From positions 8,308,001 through 8,372,000 of the forward strand of contig NW_026889761.1 of NCBI RefSeq assembly GCF_033153115.1: DNA of 64,000 nt. The letters run 5' to 3'. The notes under the pieces are model-generated. The model saw only the letters and a list, made by a program, of their open reading frames with translations. It searched no databases and was not told the origin of the DNA. The DNA is from Saccostrea echinata (lineage: Eukaryota). A program made the translations under genes and the position numbers. Positions 43,701-58,700 of this stretch are shown piece after piece; positions within the stretch are counted from its first letter, which is position 1, and every line of letters begins with the position of its first letter.

Positions 43701-46700
43701 CCTGTTTTTCTATATTCATTTTGTCACGATAAAGTATTGTACCAAGTCCCCAATAAACTCAATTGACATAAAAAGTTGGGCTACAATTTCTAAAATTAAT
43801 AGGCAAACATATATGTTCAAAATGTTCTGGGTCTGGCCACAATAGATGTTCAAATTTGTCAAAATATTGTAAATATTGCTCCAAGGTTTTTGACCTTGAC
43901 AAGGGGTGTCATTAGTCAGATGGAGAAATGTGACATAGTTCAGTGTTTTTGCCATTGCGCATCATTACATTTGTTTGCAGTGTGCAGCGGGTCAGCCCAT
44001 TGGTACAGCAACTCGTTCTGATTGTGATAATCACATCCATTTAGCATTTCAAAAAGATGGAGGCAGTTATGTGGATCCCACCAAGTATCTCGAGTCATTA
44101 TTTCCTGTTGTTCCTAAGTGGAAGCAGATCTGTGATGATTACAAACTTGTTTTCAAGGTAATAAAACAATCAAGGAGTGGGTAAACTATTGTAATCACTG
44201 TGTTCGTATGTATGTTTGACAGTCCCAGTTGTTTGCCAGAAGATATTACTAGGTAAACTTATAGATATTAAGTTGAAGTGTAGTAAAGATTTAATAATGA
44301 AGTAGTTCTTGATCAGGAGAGTCCAGAAATAATTTCAACCGTTTTTTATGGAATTGACTAAAAATTCTGTATTCCAGAACATTTATAGGTTAGACTTTAA
44401 ATTCAGGTATTGAATGAAGTTACGTACTCTGTGCATAAGAGAATTGCAGATCACTATGAAATAAGAATGTCATAGGATTTCATTTTCTCCTTAGTAATGG
44501 TCAAGGTCAAATACTCATCTATTGCATAAAAGGTTTCCAGATGATAACTTAAATTTTCTGTGAGCTTTTGCAATAAAATTTTACATCACATCTTCCTATA
44601 TATGCTTTAAAAAGACCCTTATTAATTCTGAGGTTAAAAGATCAAGGTAAGGGTTCATAAATATTGCATAATTAGGCAGTTTTCAGATGATAATAACTTT
44701 GGTTCTCTTTGAGCTTAAGGAATGAAACTTAAGGTGTTGAATATAACTAAAGAATTTAAGACTCCAATTGAAACCAAGGTCTAAAGGTGAAAAGATTAAG
44801 GTCGGTTTCTTGCCAGGATTAATTCTTAAGATTCTTAAGATTTTCCATCCTTATTTGTTGTCCTAGATGGGAGATTGGATTCCCAGAATTGTGAAAATCT
44901 GACATCAAGCCTCAATACTAACAACTGATATGGTTGATATTACTTGCTTTTGACTACTGAACATTGTAAGTGTGGTCCTTAGTTGAAATATACTATTGTA
45001 TTATTCAGAATGAAACAATAGCAGCTAATGTGATAGTTGGTTTGATGGGTGAAGGTGTCCAAAATAAAGACCCTACTATTACCAACACAGACAAGGCTGT
45101 TCCAATTAAATTTCCAGAAAGCAATGCAAATCCAGATGACACCATAGCCATAAAATGTAAGTTGCTCAGGTACACATCTGAGTCACTTGTGTGACCTATT
45201 GTTGTCTTTTAATTTAAGTCTTGCTTCATGGGGCATCTGTCATTTCAATCAAGAAAATGGAACATTTTCCCCTTTTTTCTAAAATAGCTAAATCATGCAA
45301 TTAATATTTGTGGTAAAACCAATAGACAAGAGGAGTAAAGAAATGTAAAGTGAATTTCATTGTCATATGACCAAAATCACCAAAATTCATGGACTCTGCA
45401 AAGATATTTTCTCTTAGGCATTTACCATCCAACGTATGCATCGTAAAAAAAAAACTATGGATACTGTGCCCTATGGGTTTGTGATTCAGATCTGAGGGTG
45501 AAGCTGAGCTAGTCTTTAGAAAAAGTTAGTATTCTGTGTAAATTAAGATATTCATGTCACCCACTTTTAGATTCAGACTCCAGAATGGGGCTAAAATGAT
45601 CTAATGTATATTTAACTATGTCTTGAAAAATCTGCTTTAAGCATGGACATTTAGCAAGCAAAATGCAGTATTATAATGAACAATGATGTATTCAGCCCCT
45701 GAATTGGGGGCCAAGGTTTTTGTACTTTGAATGTCATTATACATGCATCTTTGAAAATCTTTCTGTTTCCCCTGGACATCCTGTTTGCATGATTATACTT
45801 ATATCATGAAATTTAGTTTTTCTGGGTTCAGGCCTGTATGTAGGGCTATGTTGATCATTTATTGAAAAACCGTAATAATTTTGAAAATCTTTATAATATT
45901 CTTTATTTCTGGATATTTCTAAAAATTTGCAAAAAATAACAAAAGAAAACTATGAATATAAAATCGATGTCACTTTAAATTGGCTCCAGAGTTGCAGTCC
46001 AAGATGGGACAGAGTATGGTTATCGTTATAGCTTAAGATACCCTATTTCATTTTCTACTCAAATGACAAGAACAAAAAGCATATTCTTGACCTAAGTTAA
46101 TGTTCATACACCTGATTAAAGAATATCTTGACAACGCCATGAATACTCTATTTAAGGGTAGAATATTTGTCTTGCTAGGCCATGAGTTTGTATGTATTTA
46201 AAAAAAGCATGAGCAACTACCTTATTTCTAAGCTTTTTTTTTAAATCGCAGCATGACAGACAGGCACCTTTTATAGACTAAAGAATGTGTGCACCCATTA
46301 CTGAGAAAACTTCAAAAACTTCTATGAGGCAATTAAATTCAAAGTTTATAATACATGTATATGTTGTTAAAAACAAAGTGATTTAGATGATTGTTATGGC
46401 TCATGGGCCTCTTGTATTGGTATTGCTATATACCATTGATTCTAGGGCATTTATACACAGTTTACATTAATGATGATTATTTTTTTGGTTTATATCTAGC
46501 AAAACCAAGTGGCCTTTTTGCTAAAGTACACTCAAGCTTAGGCAGTGCTCTAGATTTTGACACAGATAATGACCAGTGTCCTGTCGTTATGGGAACCCAA
46601 TCTTCTGTAGGAAAAAGATCTCTTTCTCTTGGAAAAGGTAATCTTTGATTTACAAGGGAAACAAACTGCATTCAAATACATGTATCTTATGTGTTTTCCA

Positions 46701-49700
46701 CTTTCATCAAAGCTAGACTTAAAAGTTATCCAAATCATGTAAGTGGTGTATTGCTACCTATTGTTCTTGTCTTTCAGTAGTAAGTTGTCAGTCAGTATAT
46801 AATTATATAAACTTTTGAACATATTCAACTTTTTCTATTGCTGAAAGTTTTTTAATCAATGATGGAAAAAAGTCTTTTAACACACATAATTATAACCAAA
46901 CACAAAGAATATGATACTTTTTTATGATTTGGTAAAAAATTATATATTGTAGGAATATTCTCTAAACTGTTGAAAACGGCAGATAAATTTTTGGAAAAAT
47001 TCAATATAAGACGTTTAAAGTTTGGCACAATCATGGACTTTCTGGACAAATTTGGAATGACAGAAAGTAAGGCTGCAATGGCGAGAGTGATGAGGGAAAT
47101 AAAGGTATGCCAGTTTTTTTTTTTGTTTGTGTTTTTTTTTCGGGGGGGGGGGGATGGGGGGTGTCCAAGATATGTTCAAAAGCTTGTTTTTTTTTAAGAT
47201 ATCTTGATTTGTTTGTAGAGCTAGTTGTATTGGCTTTCGATAATATGGATTTTGACTAATAGGAACATATCCTGTTAATATGTTATTAATTGATACATGT
47301 AAGTGAAAGCATTCCGAGTAACAAATTTGAAAGTGAGTGCTTCATATATGGATCTGCTATAAATTTCATCTCATTTAATCATTTACAAGCCTTACAGTCG
47401 TTCCATGTTTTTAATATTTAGGAAATCATAGATGACACAGCCTGTAGAAATCCATATGAGATGACAGAGGATCAACTGGTGAATGAATTGACAGAAATGG
47501 GTAAAGACACAAAAGGATCGAGAGAACAACTGATTGAAAGACTGGTGCAATTAGACAAAAGTGTGTGTTAAAAAAACAATTATTCTAAAGATTTTTTTCC
47601 ATGTTAGTAAAATGAATACCATGTTTACTGAGTCTTCAAATATTCTCACATTAATACATTTATATTTTAGGTTGCCCTTTGCTGTCCTTCACCATGCCAA
47701 AAAACAATGTCTACTGCATGTTTGACAGCATGTGTTTAGGACTGGAATGTTGCATTAACCTTAAGTTTGCTGTTTTCTTAAAAATCTTTAAAGTGTGGGC
47801 ACGCTTTGATCCATGTGCTTCTCCTCAAATGTTTTTCACTCTTGGTTTGGATTCATACACATACAAAATTGAGATCCCAAGTGATATATCCTATGATGGT
47901 AAGCTCATAATCAATAATTCTTCAAATTATGGGCACACTTTTATACATATGCTTCTGTTCAAAAGCATGAAAGTATGTTCATAATCAATGATTTAGATTA
48001 AAGGGATCTCCGGCTTGTGCACTGCATTTTTACCCTTTTCAGTCAGAAGTGTAGTTTATTAATATGTCATCTATCGTAAAGCATTTGCAAGATTCAGATT
48101 AGTCTGAATTTGAAAGATTAAGATTGTTGTCCCATCAAAATGACCTTATTGTTCTCACAAAATATTTCTCTTTATATGTCATAGGTTTCATTATTTGGTT
48201 TAACACCACTGATGAATATATGTAAAAGATGCAGTGCTATATAGTTTGGGTGTAATTTATGTAGTTAGCATAGATCTAAAGGAAAGGGCTATGGTAAATA
48301 TAAAAGTAATATCAACCTTCAATTAACGAGCCTTCACCTACCTTGATTTTCTCTGCAGTTTGAAGCGTGCAGACCCACAGATTAGGTTTTTCTGTCAAAA
48401 GGGAATGGTAGGTCTGCCTGAAATGTATCCAGATGATGACATAGTTCTTTTTGAGCTTTCAAAGAAAATGTGATGAATCTCTCCATATTACAATAGATCT
48501 CTGATGATTTGGGGTTAAAAGCTGAAAGGTCAAGATCACAATTTCAAAAATGCTATATATGGTATGAAATGGCTTCCAAATTTACTTCAATGCTGTCTGT
48601 ATCTAACGAGCCCCTTTGATTTGAGATGAAAGGGTCAAAATCAAGGTCTAAATTGAGATGAAAGGGTCAAAATCAAGGTTTAAAATTTGTATCTTGTTAA
48701 CAAGATCCTTCTTTATGATGATTAATAGTGGGGGATATAAAATCCCTGAATTAGCTAAATTCTTCTTTTCTTTTTTCTTTCTTCTCTAAAATTTACTGAT
48801 AAACAGTTTTCTTCTATTTTGGACATTAAGGTTTTGAAGGAGAACTGAGGTCAGGAAATAAACTAGAAATATTAGGTGGATTGGAAGCAGTCATTAGGTA
48901 AATGTAGCTTCATGTACTTTTATACTAATGAATAAAGCCACAAGGCTATATAGGTAGTAAAAACAATATTAATTAAACATTATAAGCATGTAAATTTCTT
49001 GAATTCCAATTTAAAAAAACATGGAATTCCAAAAGGTTCTTTTTAAATACTATTTAGGTACAACATTTTCAAAGGCATAAATGCCACTCTGGTAACATTT
49101 GGAGTTGGACTATGTAGCTTTGATGATTCAGAAAACTGTCTAGTGTTCGTTAACTTGTTGGATAATGCTGTTCTACCAATACCTACTTGTTTACCAGATG
49201 GATCATTTGTGTGGCCCAAATGTAAGTATATAACTGCTTTGCCTCAACTAAAACAAAATACTCAACATTTACAAATTCAACATGTTTTCCTACCAGTGAA
49301 AGTGCAAATCACTTCATGTTGCTTTTCCATAAAATTAAATTGTACGCGCTTTCTGAGTTGGTCAAGTACTCTTAGATCACCTTGCCTCTCTGTAGCGAGC
49401 ATTAACTCTTTAAGGGTGCTAGCGATACTCATTACATTTACCAGTACAATATTCTGAATATGCCCAAACAAGCCAAGATAATCTTTACATACACCATAAT
49501 TATATATTTTATAAATTACTGCAAAGTTATTGGGAGTTTAGACTTTAACCTATGACTGCTAACATCCCAGATCAAAAGTCCATTTCCAAGTAACTTTAAA
49601 TCCTAAGTGGTTAGGTAGTGTATCATGAGAAGAGTTCCATTATTAAAGTTGTGTAGCGGGTATGTTTTTAGCTCACTAATAAGTAAAGTTATTCTACATA

Positions 49701-52700
49701 TAATGTTGATGTAAGACTAAGCCTCATTAATATTCCTTTCAAAAAGGGAACTTCGTCAAAAACTTTATTTGAAAAATAAATGAAAATAATGAAAGTTCAG
49801 AACCCAGATTAAGGCTAAATTGATTGTATATTAATTGTATTAAATCTGTCAATGCCTACTTTGGACATCCATCAGACAATCTCTTCATGATTAAATCACA
49901 AAGAATGAATTCTCTATCGATTGTGAAAGCATATATGTGATTGTCTCCTAGGCCCATTACTTTGTGTTTGCTGTATAAACATGTATGCTAAATGTCTGAA
50001 CTTATTTACAAAGTACCTCTACTGGAATTATCTTGCCGTAAATCTGATACATGATTGGATTGCATATATTTCAAAATGTACATTTTTCTCATCAGAAAGT
50101 AGTAAATTGAGTCTTGTTTCTTTTTATATATCACGATATGTATTTCTTGTTCTTGCAGTGGATTTCAAAAAACTCTTTATGAAAGAGGCATTATATAAGC
50201 ATGTCAAAAAACAAGGAAAATCCATCATCCAGGAAGTAACCTCCAAGCTAACGGATGAATTTTTAAAGTTGTTGAGAATAGAAAAGGTTAGCTTTTGTTT
50301 GTTAAATGTTAAAGAAATATATCTTAAGTTTCGTTTTAGTACGGAGGGAGGTAATGAATTGTTTAACAAAATGAATGTTTGAAATCTGCATAATAAAAAT
50401 TACATAAAATTAATTTATTGAAATATAAAATCTGTAAGGAGTACAGTTGAACTTTGGTATCTCAAATACCATGGATATGTCGAACTGATGTGGAAGTCCC
50501 AACCCCTTATTCTTTAAGTATTTTACCCTCAGAGACCTCGATCCCATCAAGTTCTAGATAATCAGGTTTGGCAGTAGTTGAAGGAATAATACAGGGTCTG
50601 CACTTATTTTGTTAATGACAGTGTTCAACTTGCTACTTTGTGTCATATATTTCTCCTCTAATTGAGGAATTGCATAAAATGATATGAAAATCACACCTCT
50701 TGATTATTCGTCAAGCTTGTGATTTTTCATGAATTGATTTTTAGGAAAAACTCAATGAAGATGTTCCATTGCCTAAGCCGGATAAAATGACACTGGGCCA
50801 GATTACAGCAGACCTAGTACGGAGAGGCTTATCTACAAGTGGTTCAAGATCAGAGCTAAATGAACGCCTCACAATGGATGACTTGAGTATGAATAAAGCA
50901 TACAAATTTCTTTAATATTTTTAATGTACCATACACCAAAAAATTTGTTTCACTCCCAGGTTTCAGTTAAGTCACAGTCACATAATGTATAATGACTAAT
51001 GTGCCAATATTTTTTTTATCACATTCAATATTTTTATAACCTTCGAATTTCAGCATGTGTCAACATTACCTTGAAAAAGGCACCAGAAAGCCTATCAGAT
51101 TTGCTGTATTATAAAATTCAAAAAGACTGCTTGCGGATTGATGCTTGGGTTGATATTAATGTTAAACTGCTGGGCTATTCCTTCAGTAGAACTTTGTCTG
51201 CATTCATAGAATTGGATCCATGCAGTTTTGTTGTACAAATTGGATTTGAAAAATATTTGTGGACAAAAGTTCTTTTGAATTACAATTGGGGTAAGGATGT
51301 AACTAAGCAACAAACAGATCAATATACTTCTTACCATGATTTATCAACAAAGAAATGCATGTGTTCAATTATCCTGAGCTTGTAATTCACAGTTGAAAGA
51401 AATATAATTTACATACGGTCTTTTTTTTTTTGTTTTCAATTTACATATTCAAAATTGGATATATTTATTTTGGGATCAGGGTATGTTACGAAATATCATT
51501 ACTTTTTAAATTTTCGATTCAAATTTTTTTATAGGAACTAATGAACTCGCAGAAATAAGCTCAAATGTAAAAGTCATGTGAGTATGATATTTGGTTGCTC
51601 ATATAACTTAGTTTCAGGACAGAGATCCATTGTATTGAATTCTTTTTGTTGTTCTCCTTTTAGGTACAGCATTGGAAGAAATGTTGATGAGGGAGTGTAT
51701 ATCTTGAAGTTTGGACTGATGATTTGTTTGTCTTCACAAGTAGATTGCATTTTAGATGAATATCTGTTTACAGATCTGAAGATTCCCATTCCTTTGTGCA
51801 GAGACTTTGTTTTTCCAGGTAAAAGTATTTTGAGATACAAGTTTCAGAATTTTACAAGTATATGTTTTATAAAGAATACTTCTCTTTCTGTACATTTTTA
51901 TAACCCACACACTAACAAATTTGGAGGATATATAGAGGATATTCATCGCTTGTAGTTTGATATGGAATTATTTTTACAAGTAGGATAGGTTTTTTTAGTG
52001 CAAACCATTCATGAATTATTGATAAGAAACTTGAAGAAGATTTATTTAATATTGTCCTATTTTTAGGAAATGGCTCATTTGCTGGATTGCTTGAAAAGAT
52101 TGGAGGAAAAATGACTGAAGAGGCTTTTGAACTTGTCCTTAAAAAGTTTGATCTAAATGTAAACATAAAAAATCATTTTGTGTTATTTCGTCAGAAAGAA
52201 GATTTATTAAGAGCTTCTTTGTCTTGTTAATATAGATATCAACAGGTACATTTCTAAGAATGAATTTACATCTTGCAGGATGTAATAACATCGGGAGCGT
52301 GCCCTGGTATTCCACTCACTCCTGAAAGTAAGTGATGATCTCTTTGTCATACAATGCCTTGACCATTATTTTTCAGAAAAATCGCTTACATGTACCATCA
52401 AAGTGAAGGAAATGGTTCTGACGAACAGAGTTAAGGTATTCAATGACCATATTTTGTACCTAATAAATGAATGGTCCGATATTTTTAATCATGTAGCATT
52501 TGGAAGGTGTTATCAACTGGAAATACTCCACCCAAGGAATTTACTTTTTTTTTTTATTATTGTCCAGTTAAAGATATACAAGTCATATAAACGCCAATTT
52601 TTTAAGTGAAACAAAATGATGAAATGATTTGAGAAACATGATGTGAAATGAAAAAATTAACTAGTTTAAAATGATTCAAACTTGTTCAATATCCCTTCGT

Positions 52701-55700
52701 TCTACATTGAATACCATAATTGTTATTAAAAGTAAAATGAATCTTTCTGTCAAATTTTTAACTTAGAAACAAAACAGGCTGGCAGAAGAACCTCGATCAT
52801 GTTTAACACAAATGATGATAATGACAGGAAGGGATGTCGTGAATTTTATCCCAAGTCATTTTGGAACCTCAATCTGAGACTCACTGTTATTATTGTTCAT
52901 GTGACTTTCTTGCCTTTTGCTTTGATATGACATTATGAAATGTATTGAAGAAGTAAAAAAATAACAAAAAGATTATACTGATGACAGGCTGTACAATGAC
53001 TGTACCAAGATATATCCTAAGGAATGCAGAAGTAAAATCTTGACACTTCTAGACCAAATGTTTGTAGATATTTTAGAACTTTACTTGAAAGAGAAGCAAA
53101 GTTCAATTAGTAAAGGTAATGAAATAAGCATGGACTTTGCTTGACGTCACACAGTTCTGGATCAATAAGACACTGTTTGAGCATACCAAGCAGAAAGATA
53201 AAAAGCAATCTGAAACTTTGTTTAAAAAAAAAAAGATAAAAGATAGCATATGAATATATAGAACAAAAATCATTAAATGGTTGAATTGGAATAATTCATG
53301 CCTTTGACATAGAGATTTTATCTTTATACGATTTTTAATTCAGAGAAACATCATTATATTCAATATTTTGCTGGGGCATTTTTTGGAAAAGGACTACAAT
53401 TTTCTGAAACGGGCATCGCTATCACTATGAAGTTGCTATCGTTCATCATTGCCTTTAGTAACCTCAATTGTATTTTGTTATTTGCAAAATGGTATTTCCT
53501 GTAATATCTCTTAGATTTATATGTACCTTTTATAACATTGTTCATAATAAAAGCAATAACTGTTACAATAAGATTTTTACGTGATTGAAGATTGTCCAGC
53601 TGGGTTTGATGTTCGCAAAAATTTACCTCAAGAGCTGAAAGAGATGGTAACTTGTGAACAGCCTCCTAATTGTTGGGGAATTGAATGTTGTCTACAACTG
53701 ACCTTCAACATACCCCTAGGAGACACCAAAATAACCAGAAATATCCCATTCTGGTTCAAGCTAGATCCATGTGATTTCTCCTTAGACATAGGCTTTGGGA
53801 AAAAAATGCTTCTTAAAACACATTTATTAGAATATGAGTATGGTAGGTGAAATACATCATGAACTGCTTTAATTTTTAATCAGCAAGATATTTCATTGCA
53901 AATTCTTATAATGAATGATAAATTTTGTATATCTTTAAAACAGTCAATAATGTTAACTTTCAGGAAAGCAACACACTTTGTCACTGGGCTCAGGAAACTC
54001 TCCTCCAGTAGAAATCATGTAAGTTAGTTGATTGAAATTATTGCTTTCAAACTTAAGTTGGGTATATTTAGGAATAATCCTTACTATCTGTCTGTTTATA
54101 TGTCAAACTATGTATTTGCTACAAGTTTTTTTCAGTGAGAAACATTTAAAGTTCAAGCTTAAATTAAAATGATTCGTAAAAGGAATTTGTCCGCCATATT
54201 TGTATAATCCTGTCGTACTATCTGAGGTCCTTATATAAGCTGTTCACTTAGTTACGGTTCAGTGTAATCAGTGTCCACATGTGTAGACAGACGTATTCTA
54301 CATAGCTATTATGAAACATTCGATAGCGACAAAAGTAAGTATATGCTTCCTCATGGTAGGAGAGAAAGTTACAAAAGAAACTTGCAACAGTTGCACAGGC
54401 CAATGCAGTTCAAACACAAATACATATAAACTGATATAAAATGTAAGCAAAGGTAAAGTAAGATATCCAACACGAACATGTGTTGTCCATTCCATGCAGG
54501 TACCCGAGACAGAAAAGCATTTAAGGTGTAACGAATGTGGAAGACATACCCCAGTGCTGATATTGAAGATAGGAAATCTAATCTGGCGTATGCCTATTTA
54601 TCTTCGTCTTTAACCAGAAAAGTTATAATAACCAGTGTGTTTGTCATGTATCTAGCTGAAGTCAATTAGAACAAAGTGAAGGATACTTGGATCAAAATGA
54701 TCTAAGTGTTAGTTTTGATGAACTCATGATACAGTTGAACTTCCACATTTTGAACCCTGATATGCCAATATTATGAATATGTCGCAGTAAATCAGTCCCA
54801 CTACTATATGAGTTTGATTTTCATCTCTATTGTCACTTGGATATCTCATAGGTTTATAAAGAACTGTATGTTGTTTAGTGAGAAATAGGCAAGAATGTCG
54901 TGAAAAGGTGAGTCAAGAGGAAAAAAAATCTGCAAGTTTTTATTTAAAGGTATATGTCATATTTCTTGGTTACATTTCTTCCAACCATAAAGTACACATA
55001 CATTTTGAAAGAGTTTGCTCTGATATTGGCAACATTTCTTGTAGTCAGCCAAAATCTTTGTAGATCTTTGGACAATCCATTATTTTAGATGTATGATTAT
55101 TATATTTTCTTTACTAAGTCACAGTATTATCATTATAGCTTGTCTGTATTTTAAGGGTGTATAGGGATTCTGTCTATATATTCTAGTAAAAGAGGTCTGA
55201 CTAGACTAATGTTTGTGCAGAATTCTTTTCTTTAATTTTTTGTTTGACATAGTCTTAAAAGTACAGTCAAACCTCTATCTCAAACCCTATGGGTTCCAGA
55301 AAGAACTTCAAGATATTTGATGATTTGAGATTTCGAGGTTAAAATACATAAAGAAAAAGAAACTTTTAACTCACTTCGACACACTTATCATATCTGAGAT
55401 ATCAAAGTTAAAGATAACCAAGTTCAAACGTATTTCAACTTGACAAAAGTGTTTTGAGATGGTACCCTCTTGATTCAAGTTTGAAAAGTATTATTTTATA
55501 CTTATAAGGTTCAACTTTAATTTTACCTAATATTCAGAAGTATTGATGACTTTTATTTTAAAAATCTATGATAATTATACAGATATAGGATAGAGCAAAT
55601 TCCAGGAAACAAAGGCTTTTTTGTGGATTTAAGAATACTCATTTGCTTTGACTTTGATGTGAAAATTACATGTATTCCAACAAATGATGGACTTCATATA

Positions 55701-58700
55701 CTGAAAAATCAGGAAATCCCACTTTGTGATCAGAGACAGTTGATTGATTTTAGCAGTGAGTATGCTTTGCATGATGGTTTGCTATTATATTTTTAATGTA
55801 GCAGTGCTCTAACTAAATATTACAGTATACCCTACTTTGACCAAACTTGTAAAAGAAATGCAACCTACGATCCATATTACCTGTCTTCCTTTAGATTCTG
55901 CATTTGATATGTATTTTGTAGACTAGTGAACATGTTCATATTTACGAGCAGGTCCATTGCAAATATCAAAAATCCAAGCTTTCTTCGGACAAGAATGAAT
56001 GATGGCTTGTAAAAATATGCAGCATTTTAGATATACCCACATGTTTTGATATAGCCCATTTAAAGCTCTCTAGTACTTTGGGAAAATGTGTAGTTTACAA
56101 TTCTTTCAAAGATTTTTCATTGACTGATTGGATGAGGGAGAAGTCACTGAATCTTAATGAACAGTTGGCAGAGGGTGCCGTGATGTTACTGCTGGACCAG
56201 CTCAATTTGACTGATTTCTTTCAAAGATCCAAGTGTGACAGGACAAGGATGCCATACATACCTTCTATACAAGGGATCCATAATAGTATGTAAATGAAAG
56301 TTTTAGTATCATGCTTCCAACTGTAAAGTCTATACACCATATAGACAAGAGATTGATTATAATGCATTTTTTAGGGAAATGATTAGAAAAAAATTAAATA
56401 GATTATGATCTTCAAGTATGCAGCCTTACAACAGAAAACACTTTGAAACATATCTGGATGATAATTAAACATAAAGTTATAGATTTAAAAAAAAAAAAGT
56501 AGATAAATAAACATGCACGCATCAAATTTTTTTTTAACAGAATGTCCAAAGACCATTGTTTACCTGCCATCCAAGATTCCTGACCCAATGTCCTGCTACA
56601 TACCAGGCTACTGTACAGGGATAGAGTGTTGCGCTGACATTCCTGTTCTTGGTCTTGGACTACATGTGTTTGCTTTTTTGGACTTGGACAAACTTGAACT
56701 CCGTATAGGAATGGAAAACATTAAAGAGACTATAAAACTAAATAACTATGTGTGGGGAGAGGTCAAAACTTATAGTGTGGCTGAAGGTCTTATCAAACTA
56801 AAGTAAGTTGATGTTCCTATTTAGCGGAGGTAAAGAGTTTATAAACTTATCTGCTCGGTGGAAATGTAAGTTAAACAATGATGTTGCGTCTACAAGTATT
56901 TATAGCAGTTATGAATGAAATAGATATCCAAAGCATGAACTTTTATCCTTTGTAATTTTGAAACATTTAATTGCTTGAAGTTAAAGAATCAAAATCCATT
57001 TGAACATGCAAAAGTTTTGATAAATAGCATAAACTAAACATGTCGTACTTTAATATTTTTACAACCATTTTGCATTTGTAATGCTAGTTTGAATATTAAA
57101 TTCCTCTTTTAGGTTAAGTGTGAAGCCAATAACAAATGAGAATGTGTATGTGTTCAATGTACATGCCTCTGTGTGTCTGAATGGAGGACAATGTTCAATT
57201 GACATCCCAATTTTAAGGAATACCAGGTTACCAACAATCAGAGCCATAATCACTGGAGAAAGCAAGAGTATGTAAAGAACGTATAGATACTGTAAAAGGA
57301 GAAATTTTAGCAAGGTTGTTTAGATCACTAAAATTTAAAATTCCTCAATGGAGGTTACCTTATCTTTCCATGTATCACAAGATCGCTAAAATTGAATACC
57401 GATTTTTTTTTAGGGAAAAGCGCTAAATTTGCATCCCGCTAAAAATTCCACTTATACAGTATATGCCTATGAAGTTCAATGTTTACTGCGAATTCTTTTG
57501 TCAAATTTTAGCATTTTGTTATTAGATTGTTTTACTGTATCACACAAAAATTTTATTACAGTATTGTGGGTACCTTATGAAAAACAGTATTCTAGTTATT
57601 CTAGTACAGGGATTTCTGCTTTTATATAAGCAACAAAAAATAGGATAAACAATTTATTATTTATTTTGTACAGACTTTTCATTTACAAATTGGCTTCATG
57701 AGATGAACATAACACAGGATAATCTGAGAGATAATGCAAAGGCTCTTCTGGTTCAACAGCTCGGTATTGACCAGTACCTGTTAGACACACCATGTGATTC
57801 ATCAAGAGATTTGTATTATCCCAGTAGCCATGGCTGGAAAAATGGTTAGTTAATAATTGAGCTTATATAATTTGTCATTTGGAGAGAAAAGATGTAGAGA
57901 ACATCAGTTTTAAACAGAAAATTAAATTCAATGTCTGTTCATTACAGAGTGTCCTTTGGACTGGGTGGTTTTACCCCAGATTACCTCAGACAAAGTGAGA
58001 TGCAGCCTTTCCTCAAACTGTACAAGGATAGACTGTTGTGTGGACTTCAGTCTCCTAAATCTCAAACTCCATTTCTACTTACACTTCGATAGGTGTAATT
58101 ATGTCATATCTGGAGGAATTGAAAAGAAAACATTCAGTTATGGACTACTAGATTTCAATAGTTTTTGGGGTATAGTATTTCTGTAATATTAAATAAAAGA
58201 AAATATTCATTAAGTGATATATATATTTTCATTTCAAAATATGTTGTAGATGAGTCAAAAAAGGGTAGTATGGTTTACTGGTATTGCCAAGCCATGTATG
58301 CTATTGTCGGGGCTTGTCTGTAACAGGGGAAGAAGTTGTTTTTCATGTTCATCTTCATTTCTCACTTGGGTCTGTTTTCAGATTGCTTTTTTTAAGGATT
58401 CAATAACTGTCTAATTTTTGTTTTTATGATGTGATCAAGCAATTGGCTTACGCGAGGATTTGCATAAACGCCGAAGGCAAGCCAAATCCTTGATCATCAT
58501 CATAAAACCGAACGATAAGACAGTTTTCTTATATTTACATGCTCTTCATTCTGAAATTCATGTGCTCGAAGCCCCGCCTACTTTCCCTCACCCTCCGCCC
58601 GCACCTGATTTTTTTAAACGATGCCTTTTGATGAACCAGTAGCTGTAGAAATCAAGTATTTTTACTATTTGTAGTTTTATCTCAAACAAAGAAATTTTAA

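Noticed and set aside
42301-44157. Recent bacterial horizontal transfer or contamination of an M23 peptidase
   Set aside because: The domain is split by spliceosomal introns, is in frame with host exons and resembles animal LECT2.
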